This document shows, in pieces, positions 14,859 through 29,800 of a stretch of 36,229 nt of DNA (position 1 is its first letter; the number at the start of each line of letters is the position of its first letter). The notes under the pieces are model-generated. The model was not told the DNA's origin. It worked only from the letters and a program-made list of their open reading frames with translations, and did not search any database. The stretch is from IMG/VR virus record IMGVR_UViG_3300030376_004563, positions 1-36,229 of that record; one strand, written 5' to 3'. Both the position numbers and the translations under genes were made by a program. The DNA is from a virus. Taxonomy: Duplodnaviria; Caudoviricetes.

Positions 14859-17800
14859 ATGGCAGAAGAAAATAACATAGTAGAATCAAATGATTATGGA
14901 GCTGATCCTTTAGCAGGAATATCTCTACCAAGTCAGAATCCTAATCCAGGGGTTCCACCTCCTCCTAGCATCTCTCCAAACACAGCTTCTCAAAATTTAG
15001 TTCAATCTGAAAAATTTAATTACTCAGATCCTTATGCATTAAATTGGGATAGTGTTATTAGTCAAATAGATACTGAAGGTATAGGACCTATGGTTGATCC
15101 TTTAGCCAAAATGACTATAGATATGGCTACAGAGTTAAATCATATGGCTGCTATTCCATTATCTAATTCATATGACACATATCCAGGATATGCTAGTCCT
15201 AACTATAATCCTAGTACAAGTCAAAATGTAGAACCTGATCTTAATACTAATGAAGGAGTTCAGCAATTTTTACGTAATACACAGCAATCAGTTGTTGATT
15301 CTGGTTTAGATAAAGATCCTGGAGCTGGTTATCAAGCACCTTTTATTGGTGGTATTAAAAGATTCAATGCTGATAGATATTATACAATGCCTATATATGC
15401 AGAGTTAGGATTTAACCCTTTTGTAAATAATGAAGCGGTTTATGATAGAAAGGCTACTTTTGGTGATTATTTTTCTAGATGGTCTGGAGAGTTTGGATCT
15501 ATGTGGGGTTCTGCTTTTACATCTAGTTACAGAACATGGGATGATGTATTTAGTGGTAGAGCATTAGCTGGAGATTCAGAAGGAGCAGAAGCATTTACAG
15601 ATGCAATGAGAATAGCAGGATCTCAAAGTGATGGTGGTGTATTTACATCTGGTTTTTGGAATGACCTTTCTTTACAATTTGCATATCCTTTAGGAATTAT
15701 AAGCAATATAGTATTTGAAGACTTAATAATTAGAGGAGCTACTTCAGCTCTTAGTAAAAATCCTGCACCTGTAGTTGCTGGTGCAGCAAGTATTCCAAGA
15801 AAACTTGGTAAGATAAAGCAAATGAAAAACTATATGCACCGTATGGCTACAAACAGTATGCTATATAGAGGGTTCAATGCTTCAAGAAACTTTATGAAAA
15901 ATATGAAGAATATTGATAGTGCAAAAAAATTCTTCTATACTGGAGGAAATGCTCTTGGTAATCTTCTTGCACCCAATACTTTATATGGTATTAAGAATTT
16001 AAATAATGCAAAGAATACAGTAGAAGGTGTTAATAGTATCCGTAAATATGCTCCTTTATTTGGAGAGTTTTACAAAGATCTACGAATGATTAATCTAGCA
16101 TTATCAGAATCTAAATTAGAAGGAGGTATAGTTGAGAAAGAAATGATAGAAGAAATGTATAGAGAATATAAACTTAACAATAATGGTGAAGAACCATCTG
16201 CAGAAGTTTATGAAAGAATAACAGAAAGAGCACAACAGGCTGCTCATGCAGATGCATTAATAAATCTACCAATTATTTTCTTAACTAATAAGTTAGTTTT
16301 AGGCCCTGCTTCTAGAGGTTTTAGAAGTATGGGAGATAATGTTGCAAGAGCTTTAAATCAAACAGGAGCTAGAGTAGCATTTAGAAAAGGAGCTAAAGAA
16401 GTATTTTATGATGCTGGTACTGGATTCCGTAAAGTATGGAATGCAGGTATAAAAGGAAGTCCTAGAATGTTAGGAGGTGCTGCACTTTATTATATAGGTG
16501 CAAATATTGGGGAAGGTTTTCAAGAATTAGCACAAGAAGGTACAGCTGTAGGTGTTAAAAATTACTATAAAGGTCTATATGATATGGACATGTCCACAGG
16601 ATTAGACTTACATAAAACAACTACAATTGCTTCAGAAAGATATGCAGATCAACTTTTAAAAGATTCACTTACAAAAGGTTTTAATTCTCAAATGACTAAA
16701 CAAGGTTGGAGAACATTTATGTCTGGATTTATGATGGCTGCTCCAATGCAAGTTACACAAAGTATTTTATTTGAAGGATTACCTAACTTATATCAATACA
16801 CAAAAGATAAAAAGAAGTATCAAGAATATAAAGAGAAGAAAAGAGACTTTGCAAAAGATAGAGCACAAGAAGCTAGTACTGTATATAACAATATGGGTGA
16901 GTACTTTGATAAATTAAAGCTAAACTTACTTGAACAAAAACAATATGATACATCAATGTATATGGCTTCTGTTGGTGGAAGTGCTTTAGATTTTTATGAC
17001 AATAGAGATATGTCATGGTTTAGACATATATATACTGTAGTATCTATGGGCAAAATGCATCACTTTAAAGATGCAGTAAAAGATTTATTAAAACTTAGTG
17101 ATACTGAATTAAAACAAGCATATAGTAAAGAGTCAAAAGGAATGAAAGCTTCAAGAATAAGAGAGAAGCTTACTAATAGACTTGAAAGAATGCAAGAGAT
17201 TGAAACAGAATTTAAGAAATTAAATGACACACACTACAATCCTTTTAATCCTGAAAAATATCCAGATGGAAGTGTAGCTAAAAATAATGAAGTAGGATTT
17301 CATGAAGCTTTTGAATTCTTCAAAATGATGAAAATGTTTGTTGCTGATACTTACAAACAAGCTGCAATAAGAAGGAATCAAATGTATGAAGGACAAATGA
17401 ATGATCCTGTTATGTCTAAAGTTGATCAGAATGATATATCTGTATTGATGAATAAAAAAGCTTTAGTTGATGAAATTAATTTATTAAGTCTTGATACAAA
17501 AGAAGAAGGCACTACTCCTGAATTAAAAAAAATACAAAAAGAAAAAGTAACAAAGTTAGAACTTCTACAAAATTATTATAAAATATTTTATGATCCAGAG
17601 AATCAAACTAGCACAGGAGGATTTGATAAAAGAAAAAAAGGAAAACTTAAACAAGCTTATCTTGCTTATTTAAGACACCAAGGTAAAGTTGCTGATGGTG
17701 TAATAGCAACAGACAAAGTAGACACTTCTCTTGAAGCAATCATTGATCACCAATGGTTAGGTCATAGAATGGGAGATTTTTATAAAGCTATAGAGGTATT

Positions 17801-20800
17801 AGAAGATCCACAAAGTTTAAGAGATCATGCTGTGAGGTATAAGGATATAATGATGAAGGCTTATGAAAGAAACAAGAATGGTGTAGAGCAATTAAGAAAA
17901 GTAAAAAAGCATCTTCAATTAAAAGAAAGACAGCAATTCTTAACAACATTAGCAGAGAGAGGTATTTATCCTGATACAGAACAAGCTAGATTATTTTTAG
18001 AAGCAACAGAAGATATAATACCAAGAGATTATTATAGTGATGAAGGAGGATCTGTAAATCCTATTGATAACAAAGGACAATGGGAAATAGTTGAAAATGC
18101 AATCAATACTTATACAAGTGTTCAAGAAACTGCTGAAGAAACTAAAGCAGATGAAGATTCTGTTAGAGGTGAAGAAAGTGATACTTTAGATGATTTGAAT
18201 ATTGATGTAGATAATATAGATGAAACTAAAAGAGAAGTATTAGCAGAAGAAAGTAAAGAATTACAAAACTTTTATAAGTCTGATACATATACTCAAAAAA
18301 TAGTTGAAAGAGAATATGCAATTTATGAAGTAGCTCAAAAATTATCTAAACAACAAAAACAAAGTCCAGAAGAATATGAGCAAGTAGGGGAAGGTAATTT
18401 AATTGCAAAATCTAGATATGAATTATATAACTTGTATAACAGTAAACTAACTGCAAAAGATAGAGCAGCAAAAGATTTTGACACATGGTTAGAGGAAGAA
18501 ATAAATATAAATGATCAAGTAATTGATATAATAGAAAAGAACGGTGTCACTGAAAAAAATAAAGTTGTATGGAATAAACAAGTTGCTCCTACTGTAAGAA
18601 AGGGAATTCAAAGATTAGAGATAGATGAAAATCTAGGAATTGAACTTATCAAAAAGACAAGAGTAGAAGAGACATCAGGACAGGATATGACATTCTATCA
18701 AATACTAAGAGATAAAAATAATATTGCAGGACAAATTAATGGGACACTTATAGATCCTACATCACAAATGATAGTTGATGTTAAAGAAAATTACTCTGGT
18801 AAAAATGCAGAAGCTAATGCAAAGATGGCGTATAGAGCAGTTAAAGCTTTTGTAAATGCAGAACTTAAAAATCTTTCTACTTTTCAGTTTGATGGTATGA
18901 CACTTTCTTTTGGTCAGATTGTTAAAGACGCTAATGGTGCTAATTGGGAGATACTATCTACATCAGAAGCTATAGAGAAATATAATACACTACTTGTAGT
19001 TCCAGCAGATAAGAGATTTGATCCAAACATGATGGACTTTCATAGGAAAATTAAACCTGGAAAATTTGAAAAAGATGAATGGACAATACCTTCTTTTGGA
19101 AACGTAAGAAGTTCAATGGTTGATAAAGCTCCAATAAGAAAATTAAGAATTGTAGAACCAATACAACTCTATCCATGGTTAGGAAAAAAAGTTGAACAAG
19201 GAATGCCTTTATATGAAGAAGGACAACAAAGTTCAATAAATACTACAGAAGATGCTATTGAATCTCTTCAAAGAAAACTTAAATCTTTATCACCTGTTAG
19301 ACAACAAAATTTAAAACTTATTGTAAAAAAGAATGCTATTATTACTCCTGAAAAACTTGAAGTATGGGATGATAAACAAGGCAAAGAAGAGAATCCATAT
19401 CTAATGAAAGGGATGCCTAAGTATGATGTAACTTTAGTTGATGGTAGTGGAATACCTATAGCAAAACTAGGAGGCTCTACATCTGTTTTACTATTAGATT
19501 CAGATGGTCAAACTACTATTAATCCTTTAATAATTACAAATGAACAAGCTAAAAGATTGTTTTATACTACAACAAAAAAAGGCAATAAGACTATCCCAAT
19601 AGATAACTATGTTACACAAATAAGAGAAAACTATGCAAAAGCACTCTTAATAGAGGAGACATTTAAAACAGCATTAGAATCTTCAGGAGGACAAGATGTA
19701 GTTACTTTAAATTTAAAAGATGTAGAAGATTTAGATATTAAAATTTCTGAAGGACAATTAACGTATAATGCGCCTGAAGTTAAAGAAAGTGGTGTTAAAT
19801 TTTCTGATCTTGATTATAATACAGTTAATGGTGAGAACTATTTGATATTTGATTATAGAACTACTTATGATGATTCTGGAAGACCGAAGAAAGGTTTATC
19901 ACAAGTAATACATAATTTTAAAAATACAAAAGATAGAAAGCTTTGGGTTGGAAAAGCTCAAGAGCAAATGAAAAAAGAAGGAGGTTTTAATGTTACTTCT
20001 AGATTAGGTAGATATATAGCAGCTGTTAAATTTAAAAATGATGTTTGGACTTTTATTGAATTAAAAGGAGCAAGAAAAGAATCTAAGGAAGTTGATAAAA
20101 TTATTACAGACTTAATAGATAGACAACAAACAACTGTAAAAGATAACAGTAATAAAAAAGCTAAAGGATATGATTCTTTTAATAGGGCGTTTAATGCAGA
20201 ATTTTCTGATAGATTTTTTATATCTGGTGAACAAGGTGACAGAATATTTGTAGGGTTATCAAATGATGGTCTTATTAGGGTAGCTTTAAGAAATGAAAAA
20301 CAAAGAACAGCTTTTGAATTATATATTGAACCAGAAGAATTATCTAAACATTTAAAAAATAATCCAGAAGCAAGTGCTGCTCAAGCGTTTATGGGATTAG
20401 TTAATTTTAAATTTAATCAAATAGAAATTAAAAGAAAAGGAAAAGCTGAAAGCAAAAAAGAATCATTTACTCCAATTAAATTTAAACTTACTAAAGGGTC
20501 TTTTAGAAATCATATTTCAGATAATCCTAAAATAGAAGATTTCATGGATGTTGAAGCAGGGGCTTTACCTGAAGTAAGATCTAATGTAAGAGTTGATATA
20601 AACTGGAAAGATCAAGATGCAATTAATAATCTAATAAGTGAAGCACAAAGACCAACTAAAGAAGTGGTCAATGAAGATGCACCTGCAGAAAGTATAGACA
20701 AAGGTTTAGCACTTACACAAGAAGATTATGCAAAAATATTTGAATCAGAATATAAAGATGTTAATAAAGAGATATTAAGAAGTATAGCTTATAAAGTAGC

Positions 20801-23800
20801 AGTAGGTGAAAAACTAGAATCAAATGAAGCAGATTTATATGATGCATTTGAAGAAGACATTCTAAGAATAAAAGAATCTGAATTCTTTAATGTTACTACT
20901 CTTGATGCTGCAAAAAAGGCTGGTATATCAAATCCTCTTGTAGATAAATATAGACAATTAAAAGCTGACTATGAGGCCAGAAGAACTGAATGGTTACGTA
21001 GTACTAAGGCTATGTTAATGGGAGAACATGATGATGATAAAGAAACAGTTAACAGATTGCTATATGAAAGACTTAATGCAAACGAAGAGTTAAATGTATT
21101 AAAAGAAGAAATAGCAAAAATTAAAAAACAACTTAATGGAAATAATGCATTTAAAATAACTAAAGATTTTGATGGTAGAGATGTTGCAGATTGGGATAAG
21201 TTTAGTGATTATGTAAATAAAAATCTTCCAGACTTTATAACTATTGAAGATATATCAACTCTTAGATATAATGCAATAAACAATGGCTTTACATTAGGAG
21301 CTTTTGGAATGGGTCTTAAAAAACTATCTAATGGTTTAGATATAGCTGGAACAATATATACAGGGAAAACTACAGGATTTAGATATCATGAAGCTGGTCA
21401 TGCTGTATTTAGAATGCTTCTTCCTGAAGAAAAAATTAAAGAATTATTATCTGCAAGTAAAACAGTTGTTAGATCTAAGATGAGATCTAAAAGAGGTTAT
21501 CAAATAGATAAAGGAGTTTTTGTTAAGTCTGTTGATAAAGGTTTAGAGCACATGAGAAAGCAAAGCTCATTATATTCTGAGATGAGTGAAAAAGAATTAA
21601 CTGATAGATTATATGAAGAATTTATCATGGATGATTTTGAAAGTTTTAAAAAGAGTCCAAAGTTTTATAAAGGTCCTTCAGGATTTAAAGCTTTCTTTAA
21701 TAAAGTTTTAGAATGGATCATGTCTCTTTTTGGAAGATATGGACAAGCAGATCTAACTAGATTCTATGAAGCTATTGATGGAGGTAAGTTTAAAGGTGCA
21801 ACAGTACAAAATAATAGATTTACAAATGCTGTACAATATGGAGTTTCTACTATTGCTTTAAAATCTATACCTTTAAGTGAACAAGTAATTAGTGTTCCAG
21901 TAGAAAAAAATGGTAAAAAAACTACAGAAGATAGAATTGTTTACACATATTTGCCTTCACATAAAGCAAAGCAAGCAACATCTACAATTGCAAATATCTA
22001 TTTAAAAAGATTAGATAATGAAATTAAAAAACGAGGAAAACAAAAACCAAATGAGTTTATATCTGATGAACAATTTGAAAGACAACGTAAATTATTACTA
22101 AGTATACCTATTAATAAAAATGTAATTCTTAATGATGCAGTAAATGCTTTCATAGAAATGCATGATCCTCAAAGATCTTTTTATACATCTGAAAAAAATG
22201 GAATTCCTTATGAAGATATAGTAGTTGGTTTAAAAGAAAGATATGCAGCTTTTATTGAATATAGAGATGATATCTTAGCAGCAGTTAATGAAGAGCTTGA
22301 GTTGTATGATTCAAAAATAGATCAAGAAAATGATGACTTTTATGATGTATTAACAACTGAAGATTGGGATTCAACAGCACAAGAAAAAGGAGGATGGTAT
22401 TCTTTACCTAAAAATGTACGTGTTCTTATTGGAACTACTAACCTTGAAAGTACAGATGAATTTGGTAATATAGTATTAGATGAAACTCTTCCGGTTGACA
22501 AACAAGAAGTAGTGTATGTTACACCAGATATAAGCAATGTTTATAATGGAATGTTAAAAGCTACTGCAGATCTTAATTCAGAAAGAGAAATTTTACAATC
22601 ATTATATAACTTTAGTTTAAATAATTCAGATACTAAAGCAGTTGTAAAAAAACTATTTGGTATAGTTGGATTAGATTATAATAAAGATGGGGCAAACTTA
22701 ATGAATCCTTTATACACACTCCCACGAATAACAAATGGAGGATACTTCTTAAATATAATTAAATCTTTTCAGCAGTCTAGACTTGATTATCTGATCCTAC
22801 AAAAGAATAGAAATAGTGGAAATGTGGAAATATATGCTGCTAACCATGCAGATGATGCTGCTGATCAACAAAGTAAATGGAACAATCATTATAATAATTT
22901 AATTAAACCTGACAATTATCTAATCAATCTTCAAGACGCACAAGATGTTCTTGATGATGTTATAGATTATATGAAAAAAGATGAACTTGTAGGTTTGAAA
23001 GATGTATCTGTTGATGTAGCAACAAGATTATTTGACTTTACAGGAATTAAATTGCATCCGGGATATATAGAATATAGTATAGTTAATGCTCTAATAAAAC
23101 GTACACCTGAGCAAGAATCATTAATTCAAGCATATAAAGATATAGATCCTATAACTATTGAAGGTATTACTTATTTACGTAAGTCCTTAACTGATGGAGA
23201 TAATATATTCCTTAATCAACAAACTGAAGTTGGTGTAGATCAAGAAGATGATACACAAATCAATAGAGTAGTTGCAGATAGTTCTGCAGGTATAAGATAT
23301 AGACTATCAAGATGGGCTAGAAATAATGCACCATTTGATGAAACAGTTGGTACATCAACAATGAGAGATACAGAAGGTAATATGATCTACTCACATCAAA
23401 TGCAATCATATAACATTACTAAAATAAATTCTTTAAATAGTAAGGATAAATATTTTGATTTATTTAATGATGAGTTTTTAGAGAATAACTTCTTGTTAAA
23501 TGATGAGAAGACTAAAGTATTATCTGATAATAAAGATTTTAGAATTGTTAGAATACTAGGTCTTAATGAAAAAAACATGGACTTAAATGAACATGGAGAT
23601 CTAGTTGCAAACAATAGTAGAGATGATAATAAAGGTCAAGGTAAACAAGTTAAAGGCTTTACAGCAACTGATATTGCATCTATAATGATTAACATGTACA
23701 CAGCTAATGTTAATACAAAAACAGGTGAAGTAAAAGAATATGAAACTGCTGATGGAGAAGTATTTACAACATCACCTGTTGATTTTAGACTTGCTGGAGA

Positions 23801-26800
23801 TAGTAATCTGTTAGACTTAGTTAATCTTCCTATACATAAAACTGTAGAATTAAATGACAAAGATGAAGTAGTAATATCAGACTTTGTTATTGAAACTATT
23901 TTTGATAGAATTACAGATGAAGCTGTTAGAGTTCATAAAGAAATACATGAAGGTACTGATGATACTATTGTTGGGTATAATGATAGTCCAGAAGGTAGAG
24001 GTTATCATTTAACTCAAACAGGAAAATATTTAATAAGAGAAAGACAACCGGTTGTAGAAAAAGAACTTGCTGAAGAACTACCTACTCAAGAAGAGGCTTT
24101 AGAAGAACTTGCTAAACTAGAAGAAGATATTAAAAAATCTAAACTATTAGTAGATGAAATAGAAGAGGCATTACAGGAAGAAGGTGTTGATCCTATAGAT
24201 ATTATTGAAAATAATTATGAAGAAATAGTAAGTCAGATTAGAGAAACTTTAGAAATGGAGTATGCTCAATTTTATAAACGCTTAGAAAATCTCAACGTAA
24301 TACCTAATATAAGCAGATCTATAAAGAATAGATTATATGTAAACGGCAAACCAAACAATAAGGTTGTTGACAGAAGTATGCGTATTCTAAACTTAAAAGA
24401 AAATAATTTAGAATACAACTTAAAGCAAATATTCTATAATGATCTTCTTAACACAAAAGGAATTAATGATGTTTTATTAGGTAATCAATCTTTATCATTA
24501 AGCAATAAAACAAAAACTAAAAGAGCCAAAGGAGGTCAAGGTGCTGGTAAAAATGCAGCTACATCTATTGTAGATCCAAGTCTTGGAATTTTTCATGAGG
24601 TAGACAAAATAAGTTTATTAACATTTGATGATGTTAAGTTTAAAAATAAATACAGCCAAGATCCAGAAGGTGATAGAACAGATGCTCAAATGTACATGAC
24701 ACCTAAGTCATTCAGATATTTGTGGTATGGATTAGGGAATCTTCAAGATCCAAAGTTTGCTGAGTTATTAGATCAAATTGAAAAGGGGGAGGAAATATCT
24801 GGAGAAAAGTTTTTTGGAAATAAACAAAATGGTGAATTAGGATATAAAGATTTTAATGCTATTTTAAATTCAAAGAAGTTTATGTACTTTGATGGAAAGA
24901 CATATATAAAAACTTCTGGATTTGTACTTACACCACAACTTACTTCTATGAAAGATGCAGCTGGAAATTGGAGAGCTATAGATGGGATGGAACATCTTCA
25001 CAATCTTAGATTAAAATTAGAAAGATGGGAGAAAGGACAAGAGGGATTATTTAGAGAAGAAGGAATTCCAAGAAAACGTCTTGCAATTGCTGTACCTGCA
25101 ACTGCTTCTAAAATGTATAAATCAAATGTCATGGATCCTGTAGACATGTTTAAAGATCCTTTAGTTAGTGAATTTACTTCTGATAATTTTATAGATATAA
25201 GTGCAGAAGGAATGAGACTACAGCAAGTTAATCCGGGTGGTAAAACAGAAATTGTAGATCCTAGACAAATAAAAATGTTAATTAGTAGTGAGCAAAATGA
25301 TAAAGTAAAAGTTTGGTCACCTAAAACTAATGAATTTGTATCTATAAAAAAGATTAAAGATGCTTACCGTAAATCAACTGCTGATAGGGTAACCATGAAA
25401 TACTTAGGATTAAGATCCCTTTTATTTACATTTGATAGAGTGCAAAAAGAAATAGGAGATAGTATGGCTACTGGTGCAATGACAGTTAACCTATATACTT
25501 TTTTAAAGTATGCACAAGAAGCTTTAAAATCTTCAGGATCAAGTTCACAAATGTTAGATCTTTTTGATGTAGATGAATATGGAGATCCTAAATATGAATT
25601 AAACAATGTATTAACTTCAGATAAATTTCAACAATTTGTTTTAAGTTTCTTTAATAAACAATCTCTTGGAGAAAAACAACCAGGACATTCAGTTGCTACT
25701 GTGTCAGATGCTGGAGTTAAAAAATTAAAAAGAGTTATTAAAGTAGATGAGGTAGGTAATCCAATACATTGGGAAAATATAAGATGGTCTCAACAAAAAG
25801 AATGGGCTAAGGATGGAAAGCAAGTTAAAATAGCTAGAAAAGAATATGATGATGTAGAGAATGAATCTTTTATAGGACTTAAAGAAGGTGATTATTTCCT
25901 TGATAGACTTAGACATAATAAAATAAAATGGATTAAAGACGGTGATAAATGGATTGATAGTGGAACAAAAACTAGTGAAATTTTAATACCAGCTCATTTC
26001 CGTGAGTTTATGCAACACATTAAAGCTAATGATCAAATACCTGAGTTTTTAGCAAAAGCACTTGGTATACGTATTCCATCTCAAGATAAACATTCAGCTT
26101 TAAATATTGAGTTTGCTGACTTTATGCCTGTATTCTATAGTTCATCTGCAATGTTTCCTCAAGAATTAATTGAAATTGCAGGATGGGATTTTGATATTGA
26201 TAAAGTCTATATGCAAATAAAAGAATGGTATTATAATAGAACAAATAAAAAGTTTGTTGAATATGGTACTAGAAAAGGAGAAGAAGCTTATTATGATTAT
26301 ATAAGATACCAAATAAGACAAGGAGAAAAGAAAGGAAGCATCATGCATATGGCAATGGAGCAATGGAAAAATAGAACAGGAATTTCTAGAACAGAAAGAA
26401 AGCTATTAGTTAGTAGCCAAGAAATAGAATTAGCATGGGATGAAATGGTTAGTAGTTTACAATGGTCATATAATAGAGGTATAGCTATTAATAGGAGAGA
26501 AGAGTTTGGAGAAAACTTTGATGAAAGAATATCTAAGATAGCATTTGCAAATGAATGGGGGTATACATATAATGATATAACAGGTAAGTTTAAAGATCAG
26601 TATGAACCAATATTCTTAGGAAAAGAATGGATGACTGATGCAGAAATAAAATCATTTTTAGATAATAAGTTTTCAGAAATATTTAAAGGGGGATTAGAAA
26701 TATTAGGGATGCCTATATCAGAGACTGAATATGTAGAAAACAAAAAGAAAAATAAAGATCAAGAACCTTATGTTGGTGCATTAAATAATGACATCCTTGA

Positions 26801-29800
26801 TCAGAAATATTCATTATTAGGAAACGATGGAATAACAAAACCTCAAGATGGTAGAGAGATGCCACTTGGTTATGAACCTGCAGTACCAACTCCTATTGAA
26901 GACTTATGGTCACAAATTTCAAATGATCCAAAATTAAAAAGTATAGTTGATAGAGTAACAACTAAAGGAATTGATGTAGATAGTATGGATGGGAAAACTT
27001 TAGTATGGGAAACAACTAAAGAAGCAAATATTGGAGGTATTGTTTTAAGTAACATTGTATTTAATAATTTACAAGAATATGGTATAGAGTTACTTGACAC
27101 ATGGGGAAAAGAAAATTTACCTATGCCTACATTTAATAATAAAACTTATAACACTTTTGCTGATAAGTATATTGTAAACCCTGAAACTAATAAAGCAATA
27201 GAGACTTCTGCAGATAGAAAACAATTTGTTATATCTGGTCTTATTACTGTAATGACGGACAACTTAAACTTAGATGGATTAGCTGGAAAACTTGGGTTAA
27301 ATAAAGATGCAACTGGAGTTGTAGCTAGTTTGGTAGGTCTAAGTGTGGATCCTATTATAGGAACATTAATGGTTAATCATCCGGCAATTAGAGAAATGTA
27401 TAAAGAAGCATCTAATAATGAAAAAGCTGCAGTAAAAACTTTATTAAATGATAGAATAGGAACTTTAAATGGTTGGGTTAATAACTTAAATGCGCAAGAA
27501 GCACAAGATCAAAAAATAGAAAAACAAGGTGAAGTAAATATTGACGCATTAGTTAGTGAAGTTAATGTAACAAAAGAATTATTAAAAGATCAAATTGAAA
27601 GAGGATACATAGAAGACAAAGAGGAAACTTCCAAAGAAGATATACTTAAAGAATTAGCTATATTAAATCAATTCTTAATTGCACGTAATATTAAAGATAC
27701 TATATTTAGAATGACAGGACCTGCTACTCTTACAGCAGGTATTGGACAAACTATGCTTGATGTTAAAAGAAAACAAGAACAGTCAGAACAATTAGGTCTT
27801 GAATTATCTGATACTAAATTTAAAGAAGGATGGACAGATTCTAAAGGAATACAACAACCTTTCTTAATTGATGTTAGAAAATTATATAATGGTAAGAAAA
27901 CTATACAAGGTGCATATTATAGAATATTTAAAGATCTTACTAATAATATAATTCCAGAACTATTTTTAACTGAAACAAAATCATTTAATGATATTAGTAA
28001 TATACTATTAAAAAACTTAGGCAATATAGACAATCTTCAAGGAGCACAAATTAAAAAAGATATATTAAGTTACTTAAATGGTAGAGCTTATTTGACAGCA
28101 TTAAGAAAAAGAAACGCAATACAGGCAGGATCATTAAGTTCATCTTTGATATATGATGAAATACAAGGTCCAAGAAAAATTAATACAACTGTAGAATACT
28201 TAAGAAGTTTTGCAGATGAAAATAATTATTTCTTAAATAACTTTATTTATAATAAAGATACAAATAACCCTAATAATATGTCAGGTATTAATCAGGTTGT
28301 TTCTAATACATGGACTAAATTAAATGATGACGCTTTAACTAAAGTTCAAAATTCTATATGGGATCTATATGGTAAACCTGAAACAAGAGATAGTCTATTA
28401 ACTTTAATACATTATTTAATTGTAAAAGACGGATTACAATTTAAAAGAGATACATTCCTGCACGTTATTCCACCTGCATTATTTCATAATGTTTTATCAT
28501 CAATGGAAAATGTTCACAATATGTTTAAAAATGATATTGTAACAGATGAAGCAATGAGAAAATTATTTGGAGGAACATTAAATGATGTAACTAATGACTT
28601 TATTACAGGTTATTTAGAGTCATATAAAAACTGGTATTTAGTTCCAAAGGTTTATGGTATAGACGCAAGAGATATGGGGGATACAATAGTTATAGAAGAT
28701 ACTCTTGATATAGATAAAATGAGAAAGAATGAAGATACTAATATATATATTACAGCAGACTATAAAGGCTCAACTATAGAAGCACTTAAAGAAACAAAAG
28801 GTATAACTAATTTATTTACTGTTCCAATTAAAATAAGTAAAACTAAATATTATACAGACAAGTATCTAAAAAATAATAAAAAGAATATTGATAAAGCAAT
28901 TTCAGCAATTAAAGATAAGGTTAATAATAGGAATGTAGTATTTACTAAAAGTAAAGAAGGAACAATATATGTAGGAAAAGATCTTCAAAGAATTTACAAA
29001 ACAGGTCCAGAAACATACAGATATCTTAAAGAAGCAATTGAAAAAGCATTTGGATTTAATATTGCAAGCGGTAGAAAAATAGCTGCAAAAACACGTGGTG
29101 AAGGTTTAATATATGTACCAGGTGTAGGTGAAACAAAAGGTAGACTTATCATGGATATTAAAGGAGGGGTAGTTCCTTTTAATACTAAAGACACAGAAAA
29201 TAAAGTTCTTAGAAGATTAATGCTTGAGCCTGCAAAAGCTAATAAGACTAAGTTACGTGAAAAAGAAAAAGCAAACATGAGACAAATCTTTAGTAAGTTT
29301 AATCAATATGCATTTCCATATATTAAAACTTCTATGCCAACATCTAAAGGAGATAAGCAAGTAGTAACTACTAATGCTGGTTATATTTTAAGACATGATG
29401 TAGAAGATGGTTTTGGAAATGTAAAAAGGATATTCTTTAAACTTAAGAAAGTACATACTACACCCAATGTAGGTAATTCTAAATATTTATTTGATGTTAA
29501 TAATCAAGAAGCATTAGATCAAGTAACAAGAGCCGAGTGGGAAGAAACAGAATTACTGGGATCTACTAGTGCATTTTCTACAAATTTATTTGGTGATAGA
29601 CCTTTGCATAGTAGTATAAGAGAAAAAATAAATGCAAAAAAAGAAGATATAGAATTTGATGATATTGATACAGATAACATTGATGAAGATGCAATATTAG
29701 ACATGTTTACTCAAAGAGAAAAAGGTAAAAAGGTTGTATCAACTGAAGCCACTAGTGATGGTATAGTTGATGTTGAATATGAAGATGTATCTGAAACAGC

